Source of the DNA: Spirochaetales bacterium
Lineage (GTDB): Bacteria > Spirochaetota > Spirochaetia > JABEVK01
NCBI GenBank assembly: GCA_037142615.1
Contig: JBAXAI010000015.1
Coordinates: 1 to 64,000, forward strand
Direction: 5' to 3'
DNA: 64,000 nt
In this document: in pieces, positions 49,130-58,427 of the stretch
Layout: each line of letters begins with the position of its first letter
Position numbering within the stretch: position 1 is the first letter of the stretch
The notes under the pieces: model-generated
What the model was told of the DNA's origin: nothing
What the model saw: only the letters and a program-made list of their open reading frames with translations
Databases searched by the model: none
Translations under genes and position numbers: made by a program

Positions 49130-49999
49130 TCAGGGCAGAAGTCCGCCACCCTTGATTTGTAGCGAATCTTTGAACTTCTTGTCTTCCTGAAGGATGTGAC
49201 CTATCGTCCATTCCTTGAGAAAGGTGACCAACTCGTCGGTCAAATCGGTCCGACCTTGCTTGTACTGCTCGGCAAACTGGAGGATCTTGCGGATGAACTT
49301 GCCGTGCAGGGTACGGTGTTCGGCCAGACCCGGCCAGGCGTGGCGCGACATCAACTCTTCTTCAAACGAAAAGTGAAACTGGGAATAGTAGAAAAGTTTG
49401 CGGATCACGGGGGGCAGGAACATTTTTCGGCGCCCGGGTGAGGCCAGCACCAAATCGTTGGCCTGTTGCAAAATGCCGATCAGTTCCCGGTGCTGATCGT
49501 CGATGCCGCCGAGTTCGAGCGACAGGTTCTTGTCGGTCCACGCCGACACGACGCTGGTGTCGTGGGGCTCCCGAGCTTCTTCCCACAGCACGCCGTCAGC
49601 GGTGAGCGCCTGGGCCCAGTGCCGGTCGTCGCCCATGATGTGGTTCAGAATCCACTCCACCAGCGAGTCAAGGACCCCCGAAAGGTCGGGGTGCGGCGAG
49701 TCGCGGGTATCGAGCAGATGCACCTTCACCTGAGCCGTGAACGCGCGGTGAATCTCGCGGTGACCGGGCACTTCCGGGTAGCTCTTGGACCGCAACAGCT
49801 GTTCCTCGTCGTTGAAGTGGTAGTGGCAGTAGGCGTACAGGCGCTTGAGACCTGCGATCATCCGAGCCTTACGGTCCGGAGAATCCGGCATGTCCTGAGC
49901 CTGCCACAACTGGTTCGTGATGACGAACAGTTGCTGATGCTGGCGGTCCACCTCGGGCACACCGACAGCGTGCTTCTCGTCTTTCCACTGCACAACCAT
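49130..49999 (-). CDS. Tandem two-domain bacteriohemerythrin
   Basis: Two complete H...HxxxE...HxxxH...HxxxxD ligand sets; GGAGG RBS. Confidence 0.9.
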   Translation of the reverse strand: MVVQWKDEKHAVGVPEVDRQHQQLFVITNQLWQAQDMPDSPDRKARMIAGLKRLYAYCHYHFNDEEQLLRSKSYPEVPGHREIHRAFTAQVKVHLLDTRDSPHPDLSGVLDSLVEWILNHIMGDDRHWAQALTADGVLWEEAREPHDTSVVSAWTDKNLSLELGGIDDQHRELIGILQQANDLVLASPGRRKMFLPPVIRKLFYYSQFHFSFEEELMSRHAWPGLAEHRTLHGKFIRKILQFAEQYKQGRTDLTDELVTFLKEWTIGHILQEDKKFKDSLQIKGGGLLP

Positions 50000-50018
50000 G
50001 GCAACCTCCAACTTTAGC

Positions 50019-50213
50019 CTAAGGGGCGTCCGGGGCCAGGTCAAGTTTGATCTGCCTGGCCCCACCGCGCACCACGCACGGCGAGGTCCATTCACGGCCG
50101 GTCGAACACGAACACGTACAAAGTCTGCTGGTCGGCAGAATGGCGGCTCGGGCCGGGGACTGGCGTTGAGCAACAGGTTGTCGCCCTTGCCGGCGGTTGC
50201 AACTGGGAAGTCG
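50019..50213 (-). pseudogene. alpha-L-fucosidase (GH29) relic, about 200 bp
   Basis: Collinear fragments in different frames: TAGKGDNLLLNASPRP, SADQQTLYVFVFDRP, LAVRG, QIKLDL. Confidence 0.6.
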
Positions 50214-50214
50214 T

Positions 50215-51129
50215 TTACATTGAAACCACCTTGAGCAGGGGTAACTGGCGGGATACTTGCGCACCCGCCCCGGCCAGGAGGGCTTCGGCGGCGGTTTCGC
50301 CCATGCTCCGGAAGTCCTGGTAAAGGACCCGAACGTTCTGAAATGGCCACACCGGACCGGTCCACGCGTCGAAAACGACGGCAGAGGAAGGCGAGGAACT
50401 CTGCGGGGCCCAATCCAACGCGCCCTGCTGGCCTGTCGTAAAAAGGGCTCCTACCCCGGCCGGCCGTGTGGTCCGAGTCGCCGAGCCAGGCAAGCCCACG
50501 AGAACGGGAATCCCCAGCCGCGAGGCTGCTTCTCTCAGGCCACGGGAGCGCTCGGCCTCCACGGTGTTCAGCTCGGGGACAAACCCATCGAGCACCCAAC
50601 TCAGAGGCCCCAGCAAACGCAGGGCATCCGCCACGGCACCGGCGTTGTCGGTGGTCATCAGGGGCGCGTCGACACCGGGAACATGGCGGTCCAGAAACAC
50701 GAGGGGAACTCCGGCCCCCAGCACGCGGGCTTCCGGACTGTTGCCACTCCCCCGGTGGGGAATCACGATAGCACCGTCGGCTGTCCCCGAACTCAAGCGG
50801 GCCAAGAGGCGCGCGTACACGCCGGCATCGTTATGGTGCTGGGCCACGAGCAAGTCGTAGCCCCGCTCAAGCAGGTATTTGGACGCCCACGAGGCCGGTT
50901 CGCGCTCCACCGGAGTGTCCATCGTAGGCAACAGGAACCAATAGGTCCTCGACCGGCCTTCGGCCAAGGCCCGCGCTCCGGCGTGAGGCTGGTAGCCCAA
51001 CCGCAGCGCCTCGGCCTTCACGCGAACCCGGGTGTTCGGATGCACCGTTGCGTCGTCGCGCAGGGCCCGCGACACGGTCGAGCTATCGAGTCCCAGCGAA
51101 GTAGCCAGGTCGACCAGCTTGACGCCCAT
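50215..51129 (-). CDS. LacI family transcriptional regulator
   Basis: KLVDLATSLGLDSSTVSRAL HTH, LGYQPHAGARAL hinge, PLVFLDR. Confidence 0.9.
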   Translation of the reverse strand: MGVKLVDLATSLGLDSSTVSRALRDDATVHPNTRVRVKAEALRLGYQPHAGARALAEGRSRTYWFLLPTMDTPVEREPASWASKYLLERGYDLLVAQHHNDAGVYARLLARLSSGTADGAIVIPHRGSGNSPEARVLGAGVPLVFLDRHVPGVDAPLMTTDNAGAVADALRLLGPLSWVLDGFVPELNTVEAERSRGLREAASRLGIPVLVGLPGSATRTTRPAGVGALFTTGQQGALDWAPQSSSPSSAVVFDAWTGPVWPFQNVRVLYQDFRSMGETAAEALLAGAGAQVSRQLPLLKVVSM

Positions 51130-51131
51130 GA

Positions 51132-54100
51132 CTAACTCCCGAACCGGATCTTGAAGGTCCGGATCTCGAACGGCTTCAGGGAGAACCGAACCCCGTCCCC
51201 GGCGGGTTCCGACGGGCCGTCGTTCCACTCCAGCAGGTCGGTGGTGCAGACGTTCGCGCCGGGAATGGCCACGTGCAGCACACCCCGAGCTCCCAGCCCG
51301 AGATTTTCAACCGCGCGCACGATCCAGGACTCGTCCTTTTCGGCCTTCTTGAGGGCCTCCAACGAGAAGCCTTCGCCTTCGACCGTCACAGGGAGGCGAA
51401 CGGGCGCCGACAGGCCAGCCAGAAGCAACGGCGGCCGATTGAGGCAGGCGGCAGCCTCGATCACCCCGGCCTCGGTGAGGTCACCCTCGTGCGGCAGCAG
51501 CGCGTAGGTAAACCGGTGGTGGCCTGCATCCGCGTCGGGGTCAGGACTCAGCGGAGAACGCAACAGGCTCAAGCCGAGCACATTGTCTTGCACCGAATGG
51601 CCATACTTGCTGTCGTTGAGCAGAGCCACACCGAAGCGGGCATCGCCCACATCGACCCAGCGGTGGGCGCACACCTCGAACTTGGCGAAGTCCCACTCGG
51701 TGTTGCGGTGGGTGGGGCGCGCGGCGTGGCCATAGGCAATCTCGCACCTCGCCTCGGTGGCCAGCCCTCCCAACGGGAAGGCAGTGCGCAGCAGTCGGCG
51801 GGTTTCGTTCCAGTCGATTTCGGTGTCGAAGGTGAGGAGTTTCGACCCGGGAGCCAGCCAAGCCGTCTGAGTCAGGCGAGACTGGCCGATTTCGAGCTCG
51901 AAGCGCAGACCCTGGCGAACCTCTCCCCCGAGCCTTTGGGCCCGGCCCACGCTTCGGGCGTTTTCCAGAAACTGGGCGGGGTAGTAGTAGTCGATGTCCC
52001 ACGCTTCGAAGTTGTGCGGCGTGTCCTCGTAGAGCGAAAGCAGGTTTCCGGCCCTTCCGGGGGCCAAAAGCGAGCGCGAAGCCGCTTTATCCCACGCTTC
52101 GACCAACTGGGCCGCCGAGTCGAACCGGTAGCGGACCAGCGGGTTTTCGAGCACCAGCTCGCCCGCCTCCAGCGGAGCCAGGGCCGGTTTGGAGGTCACA
52201 GGCTTGGGATCCAACACGAGCGAACCCAGCGCCGGCACCGTCACCCACGCAACCGTTTTGCCGTCTTCCTGCTGGGTGAGCTCGCGGCCGGCAAACCCGG
52301 CAGGCAACTCCACCGCCCCCACCCAAGGGGTGTTCAGGCAGTTGAACAGCGTCACGGAAGTCTGCCCCCCCGCAGGCACCGTCGCGGCCGGAGACTTTCC
52401 GCCGAGAAGTCCGATCGCCTTGAGCTTCAGCCCGTCCAGCAGTGCAAACGCACCAGCGTAGGCCCTGTCGGCGTCTTCGTACACGAGGTGAATGCTCGAA
52501 CCCGGCAGGATGTCGTGAAACTGGTGCAGCAGCAGCGTTTTGACCACCGCGTCGAGCTCGGCCCGAGGGTAGGCCGACAGCGGGAGCGCCGTCCACAGCG
52601 CCTCGACGGCCCGTATTTCCTGCTCCAGCCGGCGGTTGTTGCGCTTGGTGTTGGCTTGGGTGGTAAAAGTGCCCCGGTGGTATTCGAGGTACAGTTCGCC
52701 GACCCAGACCTCGAGTTCGCTGGCGTGGGCGTTCAGTCTCGCCAGGAGCTCGTCGGCCCGCCCAAAGCTCGCCCGGGGCAACCCTTCGGTATTGCCAGAG
52801 CGGAGAATGGACTCCAGAAACTCCTCCTTGGGACCGCCGCCGCCATCGCCAACCCCCACCAGGGTGATGAACTCGTCCAAGAACCCTTTTTCGTGGAAGG
52901 TTTTGACGGCCGAGGTGAGCCCGGCAGGGTTGCCCAGGCTGTTGTAAGTGTACTCGGGCGGAAAATGGGTCAGCACCTCGCTGCCGTCGATGCCCCGCCA
53001 ACGGAAGGTGTCGTGGGGAAACGCGTTGAACTTCGACCACGAGAGTTTCTGCGTCAGGAACACCTCGATGCCCGCTTGGCGCAGAATCTGAGGCATCGAG
53101 CCCGCGTAGCCAAACACGTCGGGAATCCAGCAGTTCTTGACGTCGAAGCCGAAGGTATCGCGGAAGTAGTTCTTGCCGTGCAAAAACTGCCTGACCAGCG
53201 ACTCACCGGAAGGCAGGTTGCAGTCGGCCTCGATCCACATGCCACCCTGCAGCTCCCAGCGACCGTCGGCGACCGCCTTTTGGATGCCGGCGAACAGGTC
53301 CGGATACGTTTCTTGCATCCACGCGTGATGCTGGGGCGCGGAGGCCCCGAACACGTAGCCGGGGTACTGCCCTAGCAGCTTGAGCTGGCTGGCGTAGGTG
53401 CGCGCGGTCTTGCGCCGCGTTTCGGCCAGAGGCCACAACCAAGCGGTGTCGATGTGGGCGTGGCCTACCACCGTGGTGGCCAGCGACGACGCGGTGGCCG
53501 GTTTGGCCAGCTCGTCGGCAAGAACCGACCGGCAGGCAGCGATGTTCTTCCGGTCGTCCCGGTAGAGCGTGGTGACGGTGAACAGCGCCCTCAGAACGCG
53601 TACCGCCCGAACGCTGGAAGGGTCGAGGGTTTCCCAAAGTTCGATCAGGAACTTCAGGTCGAGCACCAACTGCCACAACTCGGCGTCGAACCGAGCCAGG
53701 CGCAGCACGCGGATCCTGGCCTCGAAGGTGCCGTGGCGGTTGGGATCCTCGCGCCGTGCCGGGGCTTTGGCCCCGTGGAGGCCGAAAAGCCCGTTGGCGA
53801 CCGTTTCGACAAACAGTTCGACCGCTTCGCCCCCTTGGGCTTCGGGCAACAGGCGGAACTGGTCGCGGCTGAAGTCCTCGGCAAACACCGAACCGTTGGT
53901 GACGCCTCCGAGGGCCTGACCGGCCCGGTTGTACACCAACCCCTCGCCACCGAAGTCGAGGTTGGCGACGACGGGCCAGCCCTTCCACGACACAGGCACG
54001 GTGCCAGTCAGCAGAAAGTAGCCGGACTCCCAGGTTCGTCCCCACACCTCGCCCTCAGAAACGGCGCGGCGTTCCAAGTCAAACGACTGGCCCAGCGGCA

Positions 54101-54239
54101 CCGGCGCGGAACGCAGGGCATACCGGGCTTCCAGAGCAGCCGTCTCGGCCAGAACCTGCGGTGCCAACTCGTCGATGAAGTTCTTGATGCGCCGGTACTC
54201 GACCGCCATGCGGCCCTTGATGCTCCAATCGTTGAACAT
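51132..54239 (-). CDS. GH38 alpha-mannosidase
   Basis: GHAHIDTAWLWP, WIPDVFGY, GDGGGGP, GELYLEYHRG, QFHDILPGS; GGAGG RBS before ATG 54239. Confidence 0.95.
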   Translation of the reverse strand: MFNDWSIKGRMAVEYRRIKNFIDELAPQVLAETAALEARYALRSAPVPLGQSFDLERRAVSEGEVWGRTWESGYFLLTGTVPVSWKGWPVVANLDFGGEGLVYNRAGQALGGVTNGSVFAEDFSRDQFRLLPEAQGGEAVELFVETVANGLFGLHGAKAPARREDPNRHGTFEARIRVLRLARFDAELWQLVLDLKFLIELWETLDPSSVRAVRVLRALFTVTTLYRDDRKNIAACRSVLADELAKPATASSLATTVVGHAHIDTAWLWPLAETRRKTARTYASQLKLLGQYPGYVFGASAPQHHAWMQETYPDLFAGIQKAVADGRWELQGGMWIEADCNLPSGESLVRQFLHGKNYFRDTFGFDVKNCWIPDVFGYAGSMPQILRQAGIEVFLTQKLSWSKFNAFPHDTFRWRGIDGSEVLTHFPPEYTYNSLGNPAGLTSAVKTFHEKGFLDEFITLVGVGDGGGGPKEEFLESILRSGNTEGLPRASFGRADELLARLNAHASELEVWVGELYLEYHRGTFTTQANTKRNNRRLEQEIRAVEALWTALPLSAYPRAELDAVVKTLLLHQFHDILPGSSIHLVYEDADRAYAGAFALLDGLKLKAIGLLGGKSPAATVPAGGQTSVTLFNCLNTPWVGAVELPAGFAGRELTQQEDGKTVAWVTVPALGSLVLDPKPVTSKPALAPLEAGELVLENPLVRYRFDSAAQLVEAWDKAASRSLLAPGRAGNLLSLYEDTPHNFEAWDIDYYYPAQFLENARSVGRAQRLGGEVRQGLRFELEIGQSRLTQTAWLAPGSKLLTFDTEIDWNETRRLLRTAFPLGGLATEARCEIAYGHAARPTHRNTEWDFAKFEVCAHRWVDVGDARFGVALLNDSKYGHSVQDNVLGLSLLRSPLSPDPDADAGHHRFTYALLPHEGDLTEAGVIEAAACLNRPPLLLAGLSAPVRLPVTVEGEGFSLEALKKAEKDESWIVRAVENLGLGARGVLHVAIPGANVCTTDLLEWNDGPSEPAGDGVRFSLKPFEIRTFKIRFGS

Positions 54240-54257
54240 GCTTCCTCCCGCGCCAAA

Positions 54258-54316
54258 ATCCAAGCGCTTGGATCTGGTTATACACCCAGAAAGTGAGGAA
54301 TGCAAGCGCTTGGATT
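54258..54316 (-). promoter_or_regulatory. sigma70 promoter with two LacI-type operators
   Basis: TTGCAT-17-TATAAC; ATCCAAGCGCTTGGAT (54258-54273) and ATGCAAGCGCTTGGAT (54300-54315), 42 bp apart. Confidence 0.85.
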
Positions 54317-55314
54317 CAGCCTTCTGAGTTTTGGCGGAGCCAGTCCAGTGTCTGGGAAAACGCCTCGTCGCGCGTCACGCGGGGTCGGTAGCCGAAAGCT
54401 TGCTCGGCTCCGTGGGTCACAAACCAAAAGTCTCGGCAGGTTGAACGCACCACGTAGCGGGTCAGCAACGGCGCGGCGCCCCCAAACCAGCGGGCCAGCC
54501 CCTCCATCACCACGGCCAAAGCGTACGCCAGCCCGGCAGGGAGCCTGCGACTCGGCACAGGCAGGTCCAGCGCCGTCAGAAACGGGGTGAAGAACTCGTA
54601 GAAGTTGCCGGGTTCGTGATCGGTGACGAAGAAGGCTCGGCCGCTGACCGCTGACCCGGGCAAGAGGCTCTCGGCGGACTGCAAGTGCGCCTGAACCAGA
54701 TTGGTGATGTACACGTGGTTGAAGCGGGCCTGACCATCGCCCAGGTACATCATCTGCCCGCCGCGCACGGCCTTGAGAATGGGGGGAAAGCGGTGCCGGT
54801 CGCCAGGGCCGTAGATTCCCGCCGCTCGCAGGGCACAAGTTTGAAGGCCCGAGGCGGTGCTGGCCGCCAGGACTTCGGCTTCTGCCAAAGCCTTGGTGTG
54901 CCCGTAGTCGTCCAGGTGCCGGGTTGGAATCGGCAGGCTTTCATCGCCCCCAGCGATGTCGTGGCCGTCGAACACCACGTCGATCGAGCTGGTGTAGACC
55001 AAACGGGCCACCCCCTGAGCCTGGCAAGCCTCGATCACGTTGCGGTTGCCCAGCACGTTGATGGCGTACAGGCGCTCGCGGCTTCGAGGCCCCCAATCGA
55101 CCAAGGCCGCCGTCTGGAACACCGTGTCGATGCCCTCGCACGCGGCTCGCACCTGCTCGGCGTTCCTCAAGTCACCCGCCAGCGACCGGACGCCCGGCTC
55201 GCCGCCGGGAGTCAGATCAAAGCTGGTGAGCGCGGAGTACCCGGCCTCAAGCAACCCACGCAGCAGCGCGGCTCCCAAAAAGCCGTTGCCGCCGATGACA
55301 AGAATCCTTTCCAT
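54316..55314 (-). CDS. NAD-dependent epimerase / 3-beta-HSD family protein
   Basis: GGNGFLG, YTSSIDV, YGHTK, GIYGPGD. Confidence 0.9.
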   Translation of the reverse strand: MERILVIGGNGFLGAALLRGLLEAGYSALTSFDLTPGGEPGVRSLAGDLRNAEQVRAACEGIDTVFQTAALVDWGPRSRERLYAINVLGNRNVIEACQAQGVARLVYTSSIDVVFDGHDIAGGDESLPIPTRHLDDYGHTKALAEAEVLAASTASGLQTCALRAAGIYGPGDRHRFPPILKAVRGGQMMYLGDGQARFNHVYITNLVQAHLQSAESLLPGSAVSGRAFFVTDHEPGNFYEFFTPFLTALDLPVPSRRLPAGLAYALAVVMEGLARWFGGAAPLLTRYVVRSTCRDFWFVTHGAEQAFGYRPRVTRDEAFSQTLDWLRQNSEG

Positions 55315-55320
55315 CGTGAG

Positions 55321-55328
55321 AGTATACT
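55321..55328. promoter_or_regulatory. Palindromic -10 element shared by two divergent genes
   Basis: AGTATACT gives TATACT on both strands, 5 and 6 nt from the ATGs at 55334 and 55314; the intergenic gap is only 19 bp. Confidence 0.65.
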
Positions 55329-55333
55329 ACGGT

Positions 55334-55915
55334 ATGCGCGCCACCGTTGTCCTTGCCCACCCGTACGCCGAAAGCTTCAACCACGCCCTGTTCCACCGGG
55401 CCGTGCAAACTCTGCAGGCCCTGGATGCCGAGGTCTTTGCGCACGATCTGTACGCCGAAAAGTTCGACCCCGTGCTGACGGTTGCCGAATTGGGCAAGGA
55501 ACCTTCCACAGACCCGCTGGTGCGCCAATACACCGCCGAACTGATGGCCAGTGACGTTCTGGTTTTTGTGCACCCCAACTGGTGGGGCCGCCCTCCGGCG
55601 CTTTTGGCAGGCTACATCGACCGGATCATTCGGCCGCCGCACGCCTACGAAGTCAGCGAAGGAAAGCTGGGCGGCAAGCTCGGGGTGGTTTTCAACACCG
55701 GCAACACGCCGGCCGAGCGCGAGAACGATTACTTTGGCGATCCGCTCGAAGCCTTGTGGAAGCGTTGCCTCTTCGGCTTCTGCGGCATCGAAGACACGCG
55801 CCGAGTGCTGTTCCGTGTCGTTTCTGACAGCACGCCAGCCATCCGTCGGACGTGGCTCGACGAGGCGGAAAGCACGCTTCGGGAGGTTGTAACCCACTTC
55901 CCGAAGCGCCCTTAG
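55334..55915 (+). CDS. NAD(P)H-dependent oxidoreductase (flavodoxin_2 fold)
   Basis: LAHPYAESFN, HDLYAEKFDP, HPNWWGRPPALLAGYIDR. Confidence 0.9.
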   Translation: MRATVVLAHPYAESFNHALFHRAVQTLQALDAEVFAHDLYAEKFDPVLTVAELGKEPSTDPLVRQYTAELMASDVLVFVHPNWWGRPPALLAGYIDRIIRPPHAYEVSEGKLGGKLGVVFNTGNTPAERENDYFGDPLEALWKRCLFGFCGIEDTRRVLFRVVSDSTPAIRRTWLDEAESTLREVVTHFPKRP

Positions 55916-55921
55916 CCCCGG

Positions 55922-56440
55922 CTACTCGGTTTCTTCGGCAAACACCAGCAGTCCGCCGATGTCGTGCTCGACGCCGAGCTCATCGAGCTGCTGCGACAAC
56001 TGGCCGCGGTGGTGCACGGTGTGGTTCTGATACTGGGTCACCAAGTCTCCCACCGACAGCAGGTAGCTCTTGCCGTTGCGCATGGTCCTCTTGGTCTTCG
56101 GGGCCCGCAGATCGGCTTCGGTGACACTTTGGACAAACTTCAGCCATTCCTTGTCGAGTGCGACGGCCACCTCTCCCACTTCGGCGGCGGTTGTCGCTTT
56201 CAATTCGTAGGCTTCTTCGGTCAGGGGGCTGACCAGGTACTTGCCCTCGGTGTTCTTGCGGATCAGGGCCTGATAGAACCGGTAGGTCTGCACGTAGTGC
56301 ACGTGCAAGGCCGCCAGGGTCTTGAAGTAGCCTGGCCTCTCGGCGGTGTACACCTCGGTCGTCAACCCCGCGAGCAAGCTCTGCATCTTCTCGTCGGTGG
56401 CCAGGTTGTAGCGGGCCCAAAGCGTGAGGGCTTCGTTCAT
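55922..56440 (-). CDS. DinB family protein
   Basis: [24 protein letters not shown]. Confidence 0.88.
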   Translation of the reverse strand: MNEALTLWARYNLATDEKMQSLLAGLTTEVYTAERPGYFKTLAALHVHYVQTYRFYQALIRKNTEGKYLVSPLTEEAYELKATTAAEVGEVAVALDKEWLKFVQSVTEADLRAPKTKRTMRNGKSYLLSVGDLVTQYQNHTVHHRGQLSQQLDELGVEHDIGGLLVFAEETE

Positions 56441-57393
56441 AGAAGGGGCCTGAGCAGGTCTTCGAGCTTGACGAGGTCGGCGGCAAACGCCCGGATGCCC
56501 TGCGACAGTTTTTCGGTGGCCATGGCGTCTTCGTTGAGCAGCCAGCGGAAGGTCTTCTCGTCGTGCGCGATTTTGGTCACTTTGGCACCCTTGGCGCCTT
56601 CGGGCGTGAGCTTGGTCACCAGCTTGGCCTCGGTGGCGGCCAGTTCCTTGAGCAGGTCCGGAGCGATGGTCAACAGTTCACAGCCGGCCAATTCGACGAT
56701 CTCGCCGATGTTGCGGAAGCTGGCGCCCATGATCTGCGTCTTGTAGCCGAACTTCTGATAGTAGTTGTAGATCTGCGTGACGCTGAGAACGCCGGGATCC
56801 TCGGTGGCGGGGATGGAATCGACCTTGCGGGCGGCCTTGTGCCAGTCCAGAATCCGGCCGACAAAGGGCGAAATGAGGCGGATGCCCCCTTCGGCGCACG
56901 CCACGGCCTGAACCAAGCTGAACAGCAGCGTCAGGTTGCAGTGAATGCCTTCTTTTTCGAGCACCTTGGCGGCCTCGATGCCTTCCCAGGTGCTGGCGAG
57001 CTTGATCAGCACGCGTTCCTTGGGAATCCCGGCCGCTTCGTAGAGCTTGATGATCGAGCGACCCCGGTCGATCGAGGCTTGCGTATCGAACGACAGACGG
57101 GCGTCCACTTCGGTGCTCACGCGCCCGGGAACAATCTTGAGAATCTCCAGGCCGAAGGCGACCGAAGTCTCATCGATGGCGTGGGCCATCACCTGGTCTG
57201 GGGTTCCACCCTTGGCCTTGGCGGTTTTGGCGGCTTTTTCCACGAGGGCCCGGTAGTCGGGCTGGCTGGCAGCTTTCAGAATCAAGGATGGGTTGGTGGT
57301 GCCGTCCATAGGTGTGTAGGCCTTGATACTCTGGAAGTCACCCGTGTCGGCGACCACCTTGGTCACGCTCTTCAGTTGGTCCAAAAGGTTCAT
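56437..57393 (-). CDS. tal: Transaldolase
   Basis: [51 protein letters not shown]. Confidence 0.97.
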   Translation of the reverse strand: MNLLDQLKSVTKVVADTGDFQSIKAYTPMDGTTNPSLILKAASQPDYRALVEKAAKTAKAKGGTPDQVMAHAIDETSVAFGLEILKIVPGRVSTEVDARLSFDTQASIDRGRSIIKLYEAAGIPKERVLIKLASTWEGIEAAKVLEKEGIHCNLTLLFSLVQAVACAEGGIRLISPFVGRILDWHKAARKVDSIPATEDPGVLSVTQIYNYYQKFGYKTQIMGASFRNIGEIVELAGCELLTIAPDLLKELAATEAKLVTKLTPEGAKGAKVTKIAHDEKTFRWLLNEDAMATEKLSQGIRAFAADLVKLEDLLRPLL

Positions 57394-57459
57394 GAAATCC
57401 TCCGGACTTCAATGTAAGCCCGCGTTGACCTGCTGGCAAGGCGCAACGTAGGCTGGCGC

Positions 57460-58392
57460 ATGCAGCAACCGTTATTGGTGGCAGGGGCCGGTCTGGCGGG
57501 AACCCTGCTGGCGCTCGACCAGCATCAGCGCGGACACCCGATCGAGGTGTGGGACGACGCCTCGGGGGCGGGCTGCAGCCGGGTCGCGGCGGGGTTGTTC
57601 AATCCGTTGTTGGGCCCACGGATGTCGGCCGACCCGGGCGGCTGGGACCTTCTGGAACCAGCCTACCGCCGCTGGGAAGAGCTTCTGGGGACCAAGTTCT
57701 TTCATCCGCTGACGATCAAGCGCCCGTGGGTCGGAAGCAAGGTCACGGCGGCGCACTTTCCGCGCTCCGGGCTAGGTTGGAGCGCGGCAGCGACCGACGA
57801 GGGCGTCTGCATCGAGGGGGGTGGCTGGGTGAACATCCCGGTCTTGCTCGACGCCGCCCGGACTTTCTTTCGGCAGCAGGGCCTGTTGAGGGAGCAAAGG
57901 CTCACCACAGGCGAGGCAATCGGGCGTCGGGTCGTCTGGTGCGGGGGGCTCGACGATTTCACCTCCGGGGTCTGGGGCCTTGACCCCATGGTCGAGGGCC
58001 GCTGGCAGGGCATACGCGGCGATGTTTTGACGGTCGAGGCCCCCGAATGCCACCAAAGTTGGATCTCGATCGGGTCACGGTTTCTGTTGCCCCTCGGTGG
58101 GGGTCGTTTCCGCTGGGGTGCCACGCACGAGATCGACGTGGTGACCCGCGAGGAAAAGCCCCCAATGCGCGAAAGGCTGGTCGCGGAACTGTGCCTCGTG
58201 CCCGGAATCGGTGAGTTCCGGGTGGTCGACCACCAATGGGGAATCCGCCCGGCGTCGAGGTCACGGAAACCGCTGATCGGGCGTCACAGCCAGCATCGGG
58301 ATTGGTTCTTGTTCAATGGGTTTGCGGGCAAGGGGGTCAGCACGATCCCCCGCTACCTGGGGTCTACTGACCCGTTGATTTGGGTCTACTGA
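57460..58392 (+). CDS. FAD-dependent oxidoreductase (DAO/MnmC C-terminal-like)
   Basis: GAGLAG, SRVAAGLFNP, RGDVL, GATH, WGIRP, FNGFAGKG. Confidence 0.8.
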   Translation: MQQPLLVAGAGLAGTLLALDQHQRGHPIEVWDDASGAGCSRVAAGLFNPLLGPRMSADPGGWDLLEPAYRRWEELLGTKFFHPLTIKRPWVGSKVTAAHFPRSGLGWSAAATDEGVCIEGGGWVNIPVLLDAARTFFRQQGLLREQRLTTGEAIGRRVVWCGGLDDFTSGVWGLDPMVEGRWQGIRGDVLTVEAPECHQSWISIGSRFLLPLGGGRFRWGATHEIDVVTREEKPPMRERLVAELCLVPGIGEFRVVDHQWGIRPASRSRKPLIGRHSQHRDWFLFNGFAGKGVSTIPRYLGSTDPLIWVY

Positions 58393-58427
58393 CCCGCAGA
58401 CTTGGGTCTATTGACCCGTTGGTTTGG
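58360..58427. repeat. 22-bp tandem repeat x3 with an internal hairpin
   Basis: GGGTCTACTGACCCG-N7 units start at 58360, 58382 and 58404, covering both convergent stop codons. Confidence 0.9.

Noticed and set aside
49130-50599. 489-aa hemerythrin fusion ORF
   Set aside because: The upstream part overlaps lacI and the fucosidase relic; the real start is 49999 with a GGAGG RBS.
51273-53375. Long antisense ORFs (also 2967-4343, 22004-23350, 25494-26783)
   Set aside because: Shadow ORFs expected from GC-rich codon bias opposite well-supported genes.
58360-58427. Mini-CRISPR
   Set aside because: The 22-bp period leaves only 7-nt variable parts, too short for spacers.
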